In this document: positions 24,001 to 35,602 of the stretch, one piece after another
Position numbering within the stretch: the stretch's first letter is position 1
How the letters are laid out: each line of letters begins with the position of its first letter
Assembly (NCBI GenBank): GCA_965637545.1
Contig: OZ281495.1
Span: 20,212,001 to 20,276,000, forward strand
Reading direction: 5' to 3'
DNA length: 64,000 nucleotides
Source: Phallusia mammillata
Lineage: Eukaryota
Translations under genes and position numbers: made by a program
The notes under the pieces: model-generated
Told to the model about the DNA's origin: nothing
The model's input: only the letters and a program-made list of their open reading frames with translations
Databases searched by the model: none

Positions 24001-27000
24001 TCTATGTAAAACGTCACTTTGAAGTAAATTCGTCAAATTCACAGAAGCAGAAATCGTTTGAACTTGAAACTGAAGTGGATCGACTTAATGTAGAGAACGA
24101 GACTTTACGAGAAGAGGTTCAAAGTTTAACTTTCAAAACTGATGAACTGCAAACAGAACTGGATGCCACTAGACAGGTAGGTTAGATGTCACTTAACATA
24201 TAAATTTCGATGCCTATAGCGCCCAGAAAATCCGATAAACTTAGATAGTAGGGATGGGCCGAGTCGAGCCATAACCCGAGTACTCGGTACCGAGCATCGC
24301 TGTTTCTGATGCTCGGTGCTCGGCCGAGCAGTTGCACGATCTGACCCTAGCATTAAATTTGCATATTTATGCCATGCTGACATATGAAACTAGTGTTCAA
24401 AAGGGTATCCAAGAACAAACCGTTGACCGTTAGATGGTGGAAAACCCGTAGTTCGTACACATATACAGCTTAATACACTGCTGGTTACATAAGGGATGTT
24501 GGAAAGCTACAAAACTAGCGTATAATAGGGAATGGTTGTGACGTCACAATACACCGAGCGTGCACTTGAGATACTCGGTGCTCGAACAAACAAAACATTT
24601 GCAGTTTTGGCCCATCCCTAAATCACCCTAGGTTAAAAAGCATAAACTATGACCGCTTTTTTGTATTTAGCAAATTTAGTCAATGGAGCCTACCTTTTTG
24701 TAAGAATATAAAATATATTTTTTCATTATTTAATGACCAAAATAACGGCCCAAATGGTTTAAAATGTTTTTTAAGTAAAAAAATAACGGTAAAACTGTTG
24801 TTGCGTCATATCTCGTTACATTTTGCGCATTAAATCGTCGAAATATACAAACAACAATTGTAGTTTTGGGTCATTCCTTACAGTAACTCCTCACAAAACT
24901 GCCGTAACACAGCAATTTAATATGTTTTAGTTCAAAACAAGTTGAAATTGTGCTGTTTGACTAATGTGATTAAAACTTGCTGATATAATCCAAACGGTAT
25001 TTCTGTTGTCATTTTTTGAGGTTGAAATTAAATTATTCTTAATCGTTTTCAGTCACATGTTGATGAAATCCAGCTTCTTCAGTCGCAACATGAATCTGAA
25101 ATGTCTCATCTCCAACTTCGCGTGGATGAAATGAGTCTTCCGTTGCAACCCCAAATTGTTGAAGAGGAACTACTGCAGAAATCCCCATCAGAACTGGTGA
25201 GAAACCTACTACCGTTTTTGTATAATTAAAAAAAAACATCCTAAAAATACTAGGAAAGGTATGAAACAATACGTACATGATAAAAAGGAATTGATGTTTC
25301 TTTCCCAATTTAACAATATAAGACAATGTCGTACTCCAAGTAGCCCAACTGATTTAAATGTTCATTGTTTAGTCTCGGAAATCGTCAAGCAGCAGTAGCA
25401 AATCACCTGTTGAGGAAATCCAGTCGGAGATTGCTGAACTAAGAGAAAAACATGAACGCAAGATGGAAGAAATTCAGGTAATGTCAAATTAAAATGATTT
25501 TAAGGCAAATATATTTCTTGATTTTAAGCATACAATTTTCTCATCACAAAAAATGTTTAACACTTTGTCATGTTTTACTATTATCGACGTTGTTATGTAA
25601 TCGCGAGTAAAATGCGTTTGGGGCTGTGTTGTTAATGTAACTGGAATAAATACCATAATCAATTTTTTTTTATTTTGATAAAAATCATTTTTTGGATTTT
25701 TTGAAGCATGTTTGTTTGACATATGCTTTATTAAAACTAACAGTTCAAAGGTTAATTTTGGTCATACGCAATGAATGAGTTTACATGATGAGCGAATATG
25801 ATCATGAACTTGCATTTTTTTATTTTTCAGAACAAATTCGCTGCCGAGTTAAAAGAAGCGGTTGAATCTGCGGTGAAAGAACAAGAAGAGAGAAGTGAAG
25901 CTCGGGTGGCTCAACTCGAGGAAAAACACAAGAAAGAAGTTAATGATATTTTGTCCGAATCCATGTCAGGTATACAACCAACACTACAAATTCTCTTGAG
26001 ACATTTCTGTTTTTGTAATTTTCCGTAGGAAAAAAATTCCATCTGTGTCGAAACAACACTCGGTGCTCCGCAAAGTACACCAGGAAATTTATGAAGGCCA
26101 CATGCGATTTATTCGATATGTCCGTTTTTTGTTAGTTTTTACATGTTTAGTACAGATAGGTATATCTGTAACAAAACAAACCTCGCCTTCACAACGTTAT
26201 TTGGAAACTAAGACTGTCATTTAGAGACTGAGGGCACTTGACCCACTTATTAAATAATGAAAAGGCTATATTGCTTTTCTTACCATTTGTCAGGCATTTT
26301 TTGTCACTTACAGTTGACAATGAACTTGCACGCCGTTTACGTGACGAACTTGATCTCGCTGACAAGCTTGACAACAATCTTCTCAACCAACTTCAGACTC
26401 TATCACCAGAAGATGATTCACAATCCCAACTCAACCTGTCTTCGCCGGAAAAGGATGCGGAGATATCAGTGAGACTTCAGGTTGGTTAATCTCCTTTGAA
26501 ATCGACCATTTTTTTGCTTGTCATGCTACAGTACTGTACGTATTTTTAGCATCTCTTGTCGCGTTTGCACAACGAGGGCGTCCAGGTTTTGTCACTGTCT
26601 GAACTTCAATTCATCAAACACCACCAAAGCTACCTTAACTCTTCTGCACAAACCACGAGGTGACTGGTTGCAACCTTACTATTGTGATACTATGCCAAAT
26701 ACTGGTATTTTGTAGTAACAGTGTAAACCTACCGTAAAATATATAATATAAGGTGTGTGAGATAAACTGACAACTTTTGTTTAGTGATGAACCTGAAGAA
26801 AAGGCGGCACCTGACCCACCACCACCTTCAGTTGACATCGAAGCACTGAAACGAGCTTGGGAAAATGAGAAGTTGGCGTTGTTGGATGCAATTCAGGCTT
26901 TGAAAGAACTTCTCACTCAAACTGCACAAGAAGTTGCGGTAATTCAAATGAGAAAAAACTGTAAATTAACAAAACAACTGTAAATCAGTTTTAGCTTTGA

Positions 27001-30000
27001 TAGAGTTGTGTTGTTTAGGGCGTCATTTTGAGGTATAGTGCAACCCTTCGTTGCCGAAAATGTTTTTTTTAAACTGAAACTGTGACATTTTAAATTTCAG
27101 ACATTATATTTACAAACTTTCTAGTTAGTTATTTCACGTTTCACAATGTAAGTTTAAAAGTATCACACTTCCATGTTTTGACAAAGCGCATGGTAATGTT
27201 TTTTAAAACAATATTTCAAGCAGATTTAGCATCAGGTGTGATCGTGTGATTTCCAAATCATTTTATTTCCTCAAAGTGAAACGTACATCAATATTATTTC
27301 TATAACTTGAGCCAAAAAATGTTCTCCTTTAAATTGAATAGCAATTTTCGGATGATGACGACAACCTCCGATGGCGCGGTGACTTTCTTCGTGCAATCGC
27401 CGATTTATTTGAACGTGAGCGCCGAGCTTTGTTGGCTGAGCTACAAGCGAGTGTGATAGAAGCACATGGCGAAGCGGAAAGCAATGAACAAATGTCAACT
27501 GCGTCCAGATTGGAGGAGCTAGAAAGGAAAATAAGAAGTCAGGTGGGTGTCATGTGATCAGATGTTATACTGTGTGTAGTTAGTTGATGTGTACGTTAAG
27601 TAGAAACTTCAGTAGTGTAGAACCTTTATTCTGTCAATGAAAATACTGTGTAGAATATATCATGAAAATTTAGGTGTTTTGACTGTTTTCTGAACTTTTC
27701 GCATTACAGTTTTGTAAACTTAACTTACGCACCATAGTTTCTTGTTGTCGCGATTGTTTAGTTGATTATTTCAATTTTGCATATTTTTGTCGAAAATCAT
27801 TATTCCTTATGACAACTCGCATTAGCAAACCAATCAACAGTCCACTAATTCACGAGTGTGGGATCTCACCGTCACATCTGAGCTACTACGATTACGTCAC
27901 GAGATCAGGCGTCTGACGTCACTCTTCACGAGCACCGCACAAAGGGTCAGCTGACGACCTGTCACGCATGGTCGCACCCGCATATTTGCATGTCAAGCTT
28001 ATGACTTTGCGTTGGCTCGACTTAACATTTTTCCCTACAGATTGATGTTAAGTTTGATTAAAATGTCATTTCATGCATGTTACTGATGGTTCGTTATTTT
28101 GTAAGTTACACAAAATACTGAATTGTTGTTCGAAAAATTAGACATATTTTGTTCACTACTGCGATGCTTTTTTTCCTCATTTTACCGTAATTATTTTTGG
28201 GATGCTACAATAACCTTTTCTATTCATTTTCATTTATGTAAACCTGCAGTAACATTTATTTTTGCGCGTTTGAATTTACTTTTTTTGTTTTTACATACAG
28301 GCTTGTGCATGATGGCAGTTTGCTGACACTGTTTTTTTCTAACATTGTACCAAGTAATGTTTTTACGTGGTCAACTATATTGTATGTTGTCGTTGCAGGA
28401 TCTCCAGCACCGAAGTGAACTCGAGCGTCTTCTAGCGGCAGACCGAGACCAACTTGTAGAAGATATCAAACAACTGAAAATCGACAGGAAGGAACAGTTG
28501 GAACAGGTTTTTGAAACCGTCATGTACAATTAACGATCAACAAGAGTCGGTTTTCATTTGTTTGTTTTCACATCAGGTGCAAAATCGTGTTCAAGAACTC
28601 CAGGAGCAAATGAGAAATAATGAGGACGCAGCTCGTCAAGCCCAATCCCAACTAAAACAACAGAGTAAGTTATGATTCCCAAAGTTTATGTTTTTATTAC
28701 AATTTTGTAAAACTTGTGTATGGTTATTAATGCGTCCTTCGCCTCAAGTGGAAAGTACATTGTTTTCTCATGTTGTTTTGACTCTATTCTCAATTTATCA
28801 GTTTAAAAAGTATGTGCTGTCTGTCGTGTTTTTCAATTCTCAAATTACTTTCTTAAACTTCATTTTCTCTCAGTTGAACTGCTGAACTCGCGACTCCAGC
28901 AAGAACAAGCTCTTACTGAAGATCTCCGCACGTCACTCGACAACGAACAGCAGAAGTCACGTGGTATGTTGCCAGCGCTGGAACGAGCTCGAGAACGAAC
29001 TTGTGAATTGTCCTCAGAGATTGTGGCTTTCAATGAAGGAGCGGCGAGGGCGGAGGCAGAATCCCAACAACAAATCGAAACTTTAAAGTAAGTTATATCA
29101 TGACGAAAGAAGTAATCACGTATAGTTGCTGTGCACCGATCTTTGTAGGTGTTAATATTTTTGTTGTTTCTTTTTCGTTAGGTTGGCGTTGGATGAGACC
29201 AAACAAAAGCTGGATGGAGCTGAACAGAAGTTGCGAAACACTGAGGATGAAAACTCGAAAAGAACGGTGGAAATTGAAGAAGCGAGAAAAGAGATGGAAA
29301 ATGCACTTTCACAGGATGAAAACATGATAAAGGTGCAGTTTTGTAACAATCTTCGAAATTTCTAGAACTGTAATACTGTGATGTAATCGTCACAAGACAT
29401 TTGTAACTGGAAATGCTTGGTTTTTCCCCGACAAGTGGTAATATATTTTTCAATTTTAAATGTCCGTTTGGTTGTTTTCCGGGCTTTAAATAGGGTACAT
29501 TTGTTTGCAGGTTCGTGTCAAAGTAGATTTATTACCAGACTTTACACATAGCATGATAATGCATTAAAGTGTATTTAAAAAAAAACACATTTTGATTTGT
29601 GTTAGGATTTACAAGACGCACTTGCCACCGAAGAAACACGTCGTCGTGAGGCGATGTCAGCCGTTGAAGCGGAACGTCAAAACGTCACCAAATTACATCA
29701 AGAGCTGGCCAATGAACGAGCAACTGCTTACGATGACGTCATTCAACTGAAAAATCGGTAAGCCCAGTGAAAAAAGACAAATTGATGTCGCCATTTTAGG
29801 ATGATTTACCGTTGTTTCTATTTTCTTACGCGTTTCTAATTAGGCAGCGGTGGTAAGCTTATTGTTAGGAGGTGGTTTAGTGTACCTGTCTGTGTTGTGG
29901 TTGTTTGTGAAATGTGATGGTGATATGACACTTGACTGACGTACTGTTCTACATTGTTACTGGGTAGTTTGAAAAATTTCGGCATTATCTAACAATAAGT

Positions 30001-33000
30001 GATCATTTTTTTAGGTGTGATGATTTGTCAGCCGCAGTGAAATCCGAACAAGAACGTTGCCAGGAACTCCGTGGCGCCCTCGAGCGAGAAGCGATCGCGA
30101 GTCGACAGGCACGTGAAGCGCTAGAGAGCGAACGTGCAGTGACAGCTGAAGGGCGCGCACAAGATCGAGCAACTGTAACAGATCTACAAAACATTTTAGG
30201 TGAGTTGCTACATCTTGCTGTAATGTATTAGTACTGTATTATTAGCTTTCAAAGAAAAACATGGCTACAAATACTAATCGTGAGTGACGTCGTCAGTGTG
30301 TGACGTCAATGTGCTTTGAGCTTTGTCCAGCATCATTTTGGACCGGTCACCTAAAAATGCCATTGCACTTTGGTTGGTCAATAAATTTAGCAATAATGTT
30401 TATTGTGCCTTCCTGAAATGCTGCAAAGGCTAAAGAAAAAGTGGTACAGAACTTTTATACAATTGAACCACACTAATTTTAACATTTAAAAATACTACCA
30501 CAGCAAATAGTCCTAACCTGTGTTGTTATTTGCAGATGAAGCAAAACAAGAAACTGAACGGATGCAGTCACGTGTCCAAGCTGCCGAGCACGAGAAGGCG
30601 CTAGTCATACGTAACGCCGAGGAAATGAAGCGTGCAGTTAATGAGAAGCTAGAACAAGAACGTATGTCACGTGACGAGGCGGTGACGCGAGAGAGAAGAG
30701 CCCGTATTGAACTACAGTCTGCTCTTGAAGCTGAAAAGGTAATTGGTGCAACAAATTAATTTTTTTTAAAAAAAAGGTTAACGGATATACGTAATAACTG
30801 GCATAAGTCCCAATCTATGTTATTGTTTTGAAATGGGTTGATTCAATATTTTGTATTACATGTAACATTGGTATTGTCCTACCAGGCACAAAACAGGGAA
30901 GCTCACCATCGTATACGGGCGCTTGAAGAACAACAAAATCCCAACGACTCCCCATCACCTGCCGAGATGAAGGATTCGCTTCTCGCCAACCGACGTCAAC
31001 TTGAATCGTTACGTCAGAGACTGCAAATGGAGACGTCAAAGTTACAGGTATATTCTCCGCCTATTTGAACATATGATCTATAGATAATTATAGATAATTT
31101 ACAAAACGAATGTTTTTGCAGAATTTAGTTGATCGCTCTTCCCATCGACCTCCGTCACGAAGCTCACGTGACCACACGTCACCTTCGAGCTCTTTACTGT
31201 CATCTGACGGCGAAAAGTTTGAATCTTTGAAGCGCTCGTTGGGTGACATGCAGACCGAGTTGAAGGATCTTTACACAGAATTGTCAATTCCCAAAAGAGT
31301 AAGTAAATAACCGAGAAGATTGTTGAATCACAATTCGCTCATAAACTATTTATTTTTACATCAACTTCGCAAGCCAATTTTATGTGGTCGTCAGCTATGT
31401 ATCTTAACATTAAGAATAACAAAAAGTTAGAACGCTCAGGTTTTTCGACCACATTTTCCTGTTAATTTATGACTACTGTAGTGCCACTACGAGCTTCATT
31501 TTCTTCAGCGTATTTTTATAAAAAATATTGTTATCTACTGACATTTTCTCTTTATCAAAACAAATCCACATTCGTTTATCCCAATAAAATGTAATTTATT
31601 GCTTGCGTTTGACAGATAAGCTTACTCTATCCCTAACCATGTTTCAGGCTTCACAATCGAGCTCGGTTCCGATGCAATTCAACGATCAATTGCTGCGTGA
31701 GAATGCCGAGTTATCAGATTATGCAGCTCGATGTGCGAGTGAAGCGAGAGAGTTACGCGACACTATTGCCGATTTGAAGGAAGATCAGCAGAAACAAACT
31801 CCATCGGAAAAAGCTTTGTCCCTCGCTCAGGTTTGTTGCAACTTTCAAGTAAAATCCCATAAATACAACAGGTGTTTGTTCATACAATAAGCATCGCTGG
31901 TTGATTACATTACTCCCGTTGCTATAGATACTGTGTTAGTACATTTTGGTTTTCGTTTTGAATCAACATGACGGCAGAAATGTAATATCACATTTGTATA
32001 ACTATAGAGCAGTGGTTCCCAAACTTTTCTCTTTTAAGGCGCATTTTAGAAAAAACATAAATTATTTGGCGCACTTCGAACATTTGAATAAAAAATATAT
32101 TTGAATTTTTTATTTCAGTTTAAAATGCCACAGCCAATTAGCCGACAAAGGCACTAACTACGAGGCCGCTATGCAGGTCACTCTCATAGTTAAATAGCCT
32201 AGTTGAACATCTCAGAGACGTGGAGCATGTTGGCCTAGTGGTTTAAGCACCTGGTACTACTACTCTACTTGATTGATTTTAATTTCAATATTTTTTGTGG
32301 CACTCTTAATGACATCTCGGCGCATAGTTTGGGTACCACTGCAGAGTGTAAAAGCTAACCATGTCAATTTCAAAAAATAACATTTCTTTATTTCAATAAA
32401 ATACGTTTTTTATTAATTATGAGCTAAAGCTTAAACAGCAGATTTTTGTATGGTTGGTATACAAATGTTAAATCCTTTTTATAAAACTTTTTCCTTTGTG
32501 TCTCGTAATGCCACGTGACAATTTTAATCTGGTACCAAAATTTGTCTTACTGCTATAGATGTTAAAGTCAGTCTTGTAAACACTACATAAAAAACAATCA
32601 AGGAACGTGCATCGTAAATTTAAACGAAAATTTATGTGTAAAAAACAATTTCGTCTAGTCTCCGAGTCTAGAAAACCAACAAAAGATGGCGACACGGATG
32701 CACAAACTCTACACTCGATATCTTCGTGCTGAGAGCTTCCGCAAATCACTCGCATATCAGAAGAAATACTTGCTGCTATTGTTGGGCGGTTTTCAGGTGG
32801 GCATTGTACTTCTTATACAGTAGGATCTTCGGCTAATTGTTTGCGCTACCGATGAAATTCAACTCTCAAGCATTTCGTTAAAAGTTGAACTCACGAATAT
32901 TGTGTCAGGGATTATGCAAGACGCAAAATTTTTAGATATCCTGTGTAGAATTTCGACGGTCTCCGAAATTTATCATTGAAATGTACATCCGTAAAACGTA

Positions 33001-34639
33001 TTAGTTTTCTGCCTCTGTGTAACTATTTGAATTTTAAAATATTTTTTTATTACTTCTAAAGGATTGCGAGGAAGCAACTCTCGCATTGATTGCCCGCATG
33101 GGGGCATATCCGAGCACAGACGCGTTACGTCGTCCAATCCCACACCGATCTCGAGCATTCACCAGGTTCAGAAGCGCTGTACGGGCTGTTATTGCTATTC
33201 AAAGGTATGACTCATTAATTGTTTATCACACCTAAATAGTTTTTCAACGGCAAAATCGCATTACCAACTTGTGCATTTTTTTATGCAACCAACTGGATTA
33301 AGTGATTAACCGGTTTAGCCTGTAAATGCCTCAAACCTGTTTCAGACTGAAGTTCCTTGTGCGAAAGTGGAAACGAGCGAGTTCAACGGTTTCTGCCGCC
33401 ATCCAGAGCAAACACGGTGTATCAGCCACAACTGGAACCAGCTCGATGAATGGTAAGATGGGGTCGCCATTATATTTTATGTTTAAATGTATTATGTTGA
33501 TCTTATTTTCTGAATCTTGTGACTCGATACAATACATATTTGCATGACCTGTTTGACTAGTAGCTGACACCATGTCCTAAGCTTTTTTGCATATTCTGCG
33601 TAGTGTAAATTTGCTGCCCATCATCTGCTTTTATAAGCCACCGAATTATAACAACTCTTGACTAAAAAAATCATTGATTTTTTGCTTTTTTACCTCTCAT
33701 CAATTTGATGCGACGATTGTATCCATTTGCATATTTAGCTTGAACTAAGCAATAGCCAGGGCTTTACTTTATCTAAAGGGACCTTGCCTTCGCAACCCAC
33801 TCGACACCGCAACGAGCTTCGTTTACCGACGAACGACCGACACGCCCATCGAACACCCTCTCCCATCGAAACGTCACCTGATCATGTCAGATACAGAGGG
33901 GAGGATTCTTATGGCTCACAATCCTCAGTGAGTCGCTACTCTTCCGACACACCAGTGCACGACACCTCACACTACATGGATGGTCGAAGAGGAACTTCTC
34001 CCCACACATCAGGAGCGTATGGTAATTATGACCGGGATTCTTCTTATGCTGCTCCTGGGACGAGTGATGGAAGACATTTATCACCGTCTGCGGCGGTTGC
34101 CTATGCTTCATTAGAAAGGTAAGGTTTGCAATATGAACAAGTTTGTTTTTGTCATAATTTTTTCATTTAATACTTTTAAACCAATCTTAATCTCTGGTCT
34201 ATAGTGATTTTTGCAATGTCTAAAATATTTGAGGAATTTTTTTACCATTTAAATTTTGAAAAAAGTCGAATCTGGTTTTAAAACGTTGACGTTTAAAACA
34301 ATATTTCTATTCACCGCAAGTGGTGTAGTCATTTTATTACGCTTAATGAATCACGTGTTATTTGCTGATAAGAAAGCTTTGCCACATGCCGGTCTTAATA
34401 GGCAATCTTTTATTGCCAAACAGTACGAGCTGTAAATATAGAAACGTGTTGCTTCACATAAGATATGTGACACGTTTTTGGAAATAATAAAGTGCTTTCA
34501 AGTTAAATCATTGCTAATGGACATTTTTGTTTGTAGATGGAGACAGGGTGAATCGGATCCTTCCCTCAACGAATACATCAGGAAACTAGAAAACATTCAA
34601 CACAAACTGGGACACGGTTCCTACAGATACCCCAGATAA
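2..34639 (+). CDS. PCNT: Pericentrin/AKAP9-like (PACT-domain) centrosomal coiled-coil scaffold, 5' end outside window
   Basis: Phase-compatible exon chain read by eye (all GT-AG except one GC-AG): 2-67, 148-262, 354-487, 555-686, 876-989 (or 998), 1063-1215, 2141-2236, 2508-2672, 2734-2881, 3148-3311, 3602-3715, 4044-4239, 4738-4886, 4960-5084, 5234-5431, 5747-5932, 6051-6184, 6277-6389, 6893-7025, 7241-7326, 7655-7809, 7871-7954, 8156-8270, 8550-8729, 9027-9092, 10030-10131, 10524-10754, 10845-10985, 11562-11753, 12004-12138, 12500-12654, 12981-13168, 14345-14565, 15840-15933, 16001-16210, 16301-16485, 16732-16899, 17965-18108, 18242-18484, 18728-18856, 19057-19254, 19450-20011, 20233-20444, 20588-20689, 21317-21477, 21697-21774, 21848-22064, 22438-22617, 23352-23462, 23658-23798, 24045-24176, 25053-25196, 25373-25477, 25831-25969, 26314-26480, 26550-26659, 26785-26938, 27342-27542, 28399-28506, 28577-28664, 28874-29087, 29182-29332, 29606-29757, 30015-30199, 30536-30738, 30886-31047, 31122-31298, 31648-31830, 32659-32796, 33062-33204, 33346-33452, 33779-34118, 34537-34639 (TAA). 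The product is an E/Q/K/L-rich coiled coil. It carries PCNT/AKAP9-type blocks (LELSQRLAESMFVGPELD; EGVQVLSLSE; WRGDFLRAIADLFERER), a PACT domain and the conserved tail DPSLNEYIRKLENIQHKLG. It is probably the single pro-orthologue of vertebrate PCNT and AKAP9. Individual exon edges are less certain than the family call. Confidence 0.93.
1589..1624 (+). promoter_or_regulatory. Candidate internal core promoter (TATA box plus Inr) inside a pericentrin intron
   Basis: TATAAAA at 1589-1595 and Inr-like CCATTTC at 1618-1624. The Inr A (1620) lies 31 nt after the first T of the TATA box. The first downstream ATG (1704) has strong context (agaATGg). Confidence 0.55.
1704..2057 (+). CDS. Candidate alternative first coding exon of pericentrin (118 aa, Ser/Cys-rich)
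   Basis: The frame is stop-free from 1605 to 2150. ATG at 1704 and a phase-0 donor AAA|GTAAGA at 2057/2058 match the phase-0 acceptor at 2141, giving an 83-nt intron. The peptide has 12 Cys in three clusters. Confidence 0.6.
9362..9848. mobile_element. Non-autonomous hAT (Charlie/MER-like) MITE in a pericentrin intron
   Basis: TIRs CAGTGGTTCCCAACCT / AGGTCGGGAATCACTG (14/16 match). Exact 8-bp TSD GTCTAAAA at 9354-9361 and 9849-9856. Confidence 0.9.
12233..12238 (+). CDS. Candidate 6-nt microexon (Asp-Glu) of pericentrin
   Basis: A long pyrimidine tract ends in TTCTAG|GATGAG|GTAAGT. The exon lies between two phase-0 junctions and preserves frame. Confidence 0.6.
14632..15122 (-). other. Candidate antisense spliced transcript or small ORF nested in pericentrin intron 14566-15839
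   Basis: Three perfect minus-strand GTAAGT donors occur at 15300-15305, 15242-15247 and 15052-15057. Acceptors lie at 15123 and 14809. Exons 15058-15122 and 14632-14808 join in phase, and AATAAA lies at 14580-14585. Confidence 0.4.
17050..17115 (+). CDS. Candidate 66-nt cassette exon of pericentrin (RRSSGKSDLSLPAECGPSLDEE)
   Basis: Boundaries CCAG|CGT...GAG|GTGATA, phase 0-0, open frame, with a CTAAC branch-like motif upstream. GC content is higher than in the surrounding intron. Confidence 0.45.
22760..23155 (+). mobile_element. hAT MITE with TAGGGATG termini, copy 1
   Basis: 12-bp TIR TAGGGATGGGCC / GGCACATCCCTA. Exact 8-bp TSD CTTATTAG at 22752-22759 and 23156-23163. Dense CCGAG/CTCGG subterminal repeats. 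Confidence 0.92.
24249..24620 (+). mobile_element. hAT MITE with TAGGGATG termini, copy 2 (more diverged)
   Basis: Same termini and internal sequence as copies 1 and 3, with internal deletions. No intact TSD. Confidence 0.88.
27826..27945 (+). CDS. Candidate 120-nt cassette exon of pericentrin (QTNQQSTNSRVWDLTVTSELLRLRHEIRRLTSLFTSTAQR)
   Basis: Boundaries TTAG|CAA...AGG|GTCAGC, phase 0-0, open frame, encoding an amphipathic helix-like segment. Confidence 0.4.
32010..32341. mobile_element. Non-autonomous hAT (Charlie-like) MITE
   Basis: TIRs CAGTGGTTCCCAAACT / AGTTTGGGTACCACTG (15/16 match). The TSD is not intact (CTATAGAG vs CAGAGTGT). The interior differs from the 9362 element. Confidence 0.75.
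32659..33452 (+). CDS. PCNT: PACT domain exons of the pericentrin/AKAP9 gene
   Basis: Exons 32659-32796, 33062-33204 and 33346-33452 splice to give KLYTRYLRAESFRKSLAYQKKYLLLLLGGFQ-DCEEATLALIARMG...FTRFRSAVRAVIAIQR-LKFLVRKW, the recognisable PACT signature. Confidence 0.96.
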
Positions 34640-35200
34640 AACCAGCACCCCAGCAAAATAATTTCCACCAGGCTTCCGTATACAATTTGAAGCAGTGTTT
34701 TACTCGTAGACGTTCCGTAGTTTTCTACACACCGCTATATTGTAGCACCTTAGTGGAGGTTAGTTTATATCTGAGCCCCTCAATCCAATCCCTTTAACGA
34801 CTGCTAGTATAAGCATTTACCAATCCAGTGTATTTGACTTGAAATCTGCTTAGGGTTTAATCTAGCATTGTAACGTGTAGGTTTACGATACTGCACCGTA
34901 TGCTACCTGAACTATATATATTTATCCGTATAATGCTGCGGCAGTTGTGTAGTGCCATAGATCGTTTCTATAACCACCATAGCATGACTGTGAAGGATAT
35001 AATTAAATGCGTTTGTATTTTGCCTATGTTGCCGATCGTAGATGAACAGAGCGTTAGATTGCATTTTTCTTGCTATAGTTTATTTTTGTATATGCTGTAG
35101 CTGCTTGCTCCTTGCGTGTCTGTTTGCTAACCTACTTAATGTTCCCGTGTTTGTAAAATCTGCCTTTAATTTGCTGGGCATTATTTAAGACGCTTGCTAC

Positions 35201-35602
35201 TAGGGATGGGCCGAGCCGAGCCAGAACCCGAGTACTCGGTACCGAGCATCGCTGTTTTTAATGCTCGGTGCTCGGCCGAGCAGTTGCACAAACTGACCCG
35301 AGCGTTAAATTTGCATATTCATGCCCTACTAACATACGAAACTAGTGTTTTAAAAGGTGTCTGTGAACAAAAACGAATGATTTTTCAAATGTATTAGATA
35401 GTGGAAGAACGCGTACTTAAAGGGCATGCCAGCTTAATAAAACACCGCCGGTGACGTAAGAGACCTTGTAGAGCTAAAACGTAGAAAGGGGATTTTTTGT
35501 GACGTCATAATGCACCGAGCGTGCTCGGCCGAGCACCGAGCATTAAAGTGAGATGCTCGGTGCTCGACCAAGCAGAACATTTGCAGTTTTGGCCCATCCC
35601 TA
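35201..35602 (+). mobile_element. hAT MITE with TAGGGATG termini, copy 3, downstream of the pericentrin stop codon
   Basis: Perfect 12-bp TIRs. Exact 8-bp TSD CTTGCTAC at 35193-35200 and 35603-35610. Closely similar to copy 1. Confidence 0.93.

Noticed and set aside
22589-24383. Similar short ORFs at 22589-22894, 22711-22947, 24189-24383 and 35194-35397
   Set aside because: They are incidental frames across the repeated MITE, not paralogous genes.
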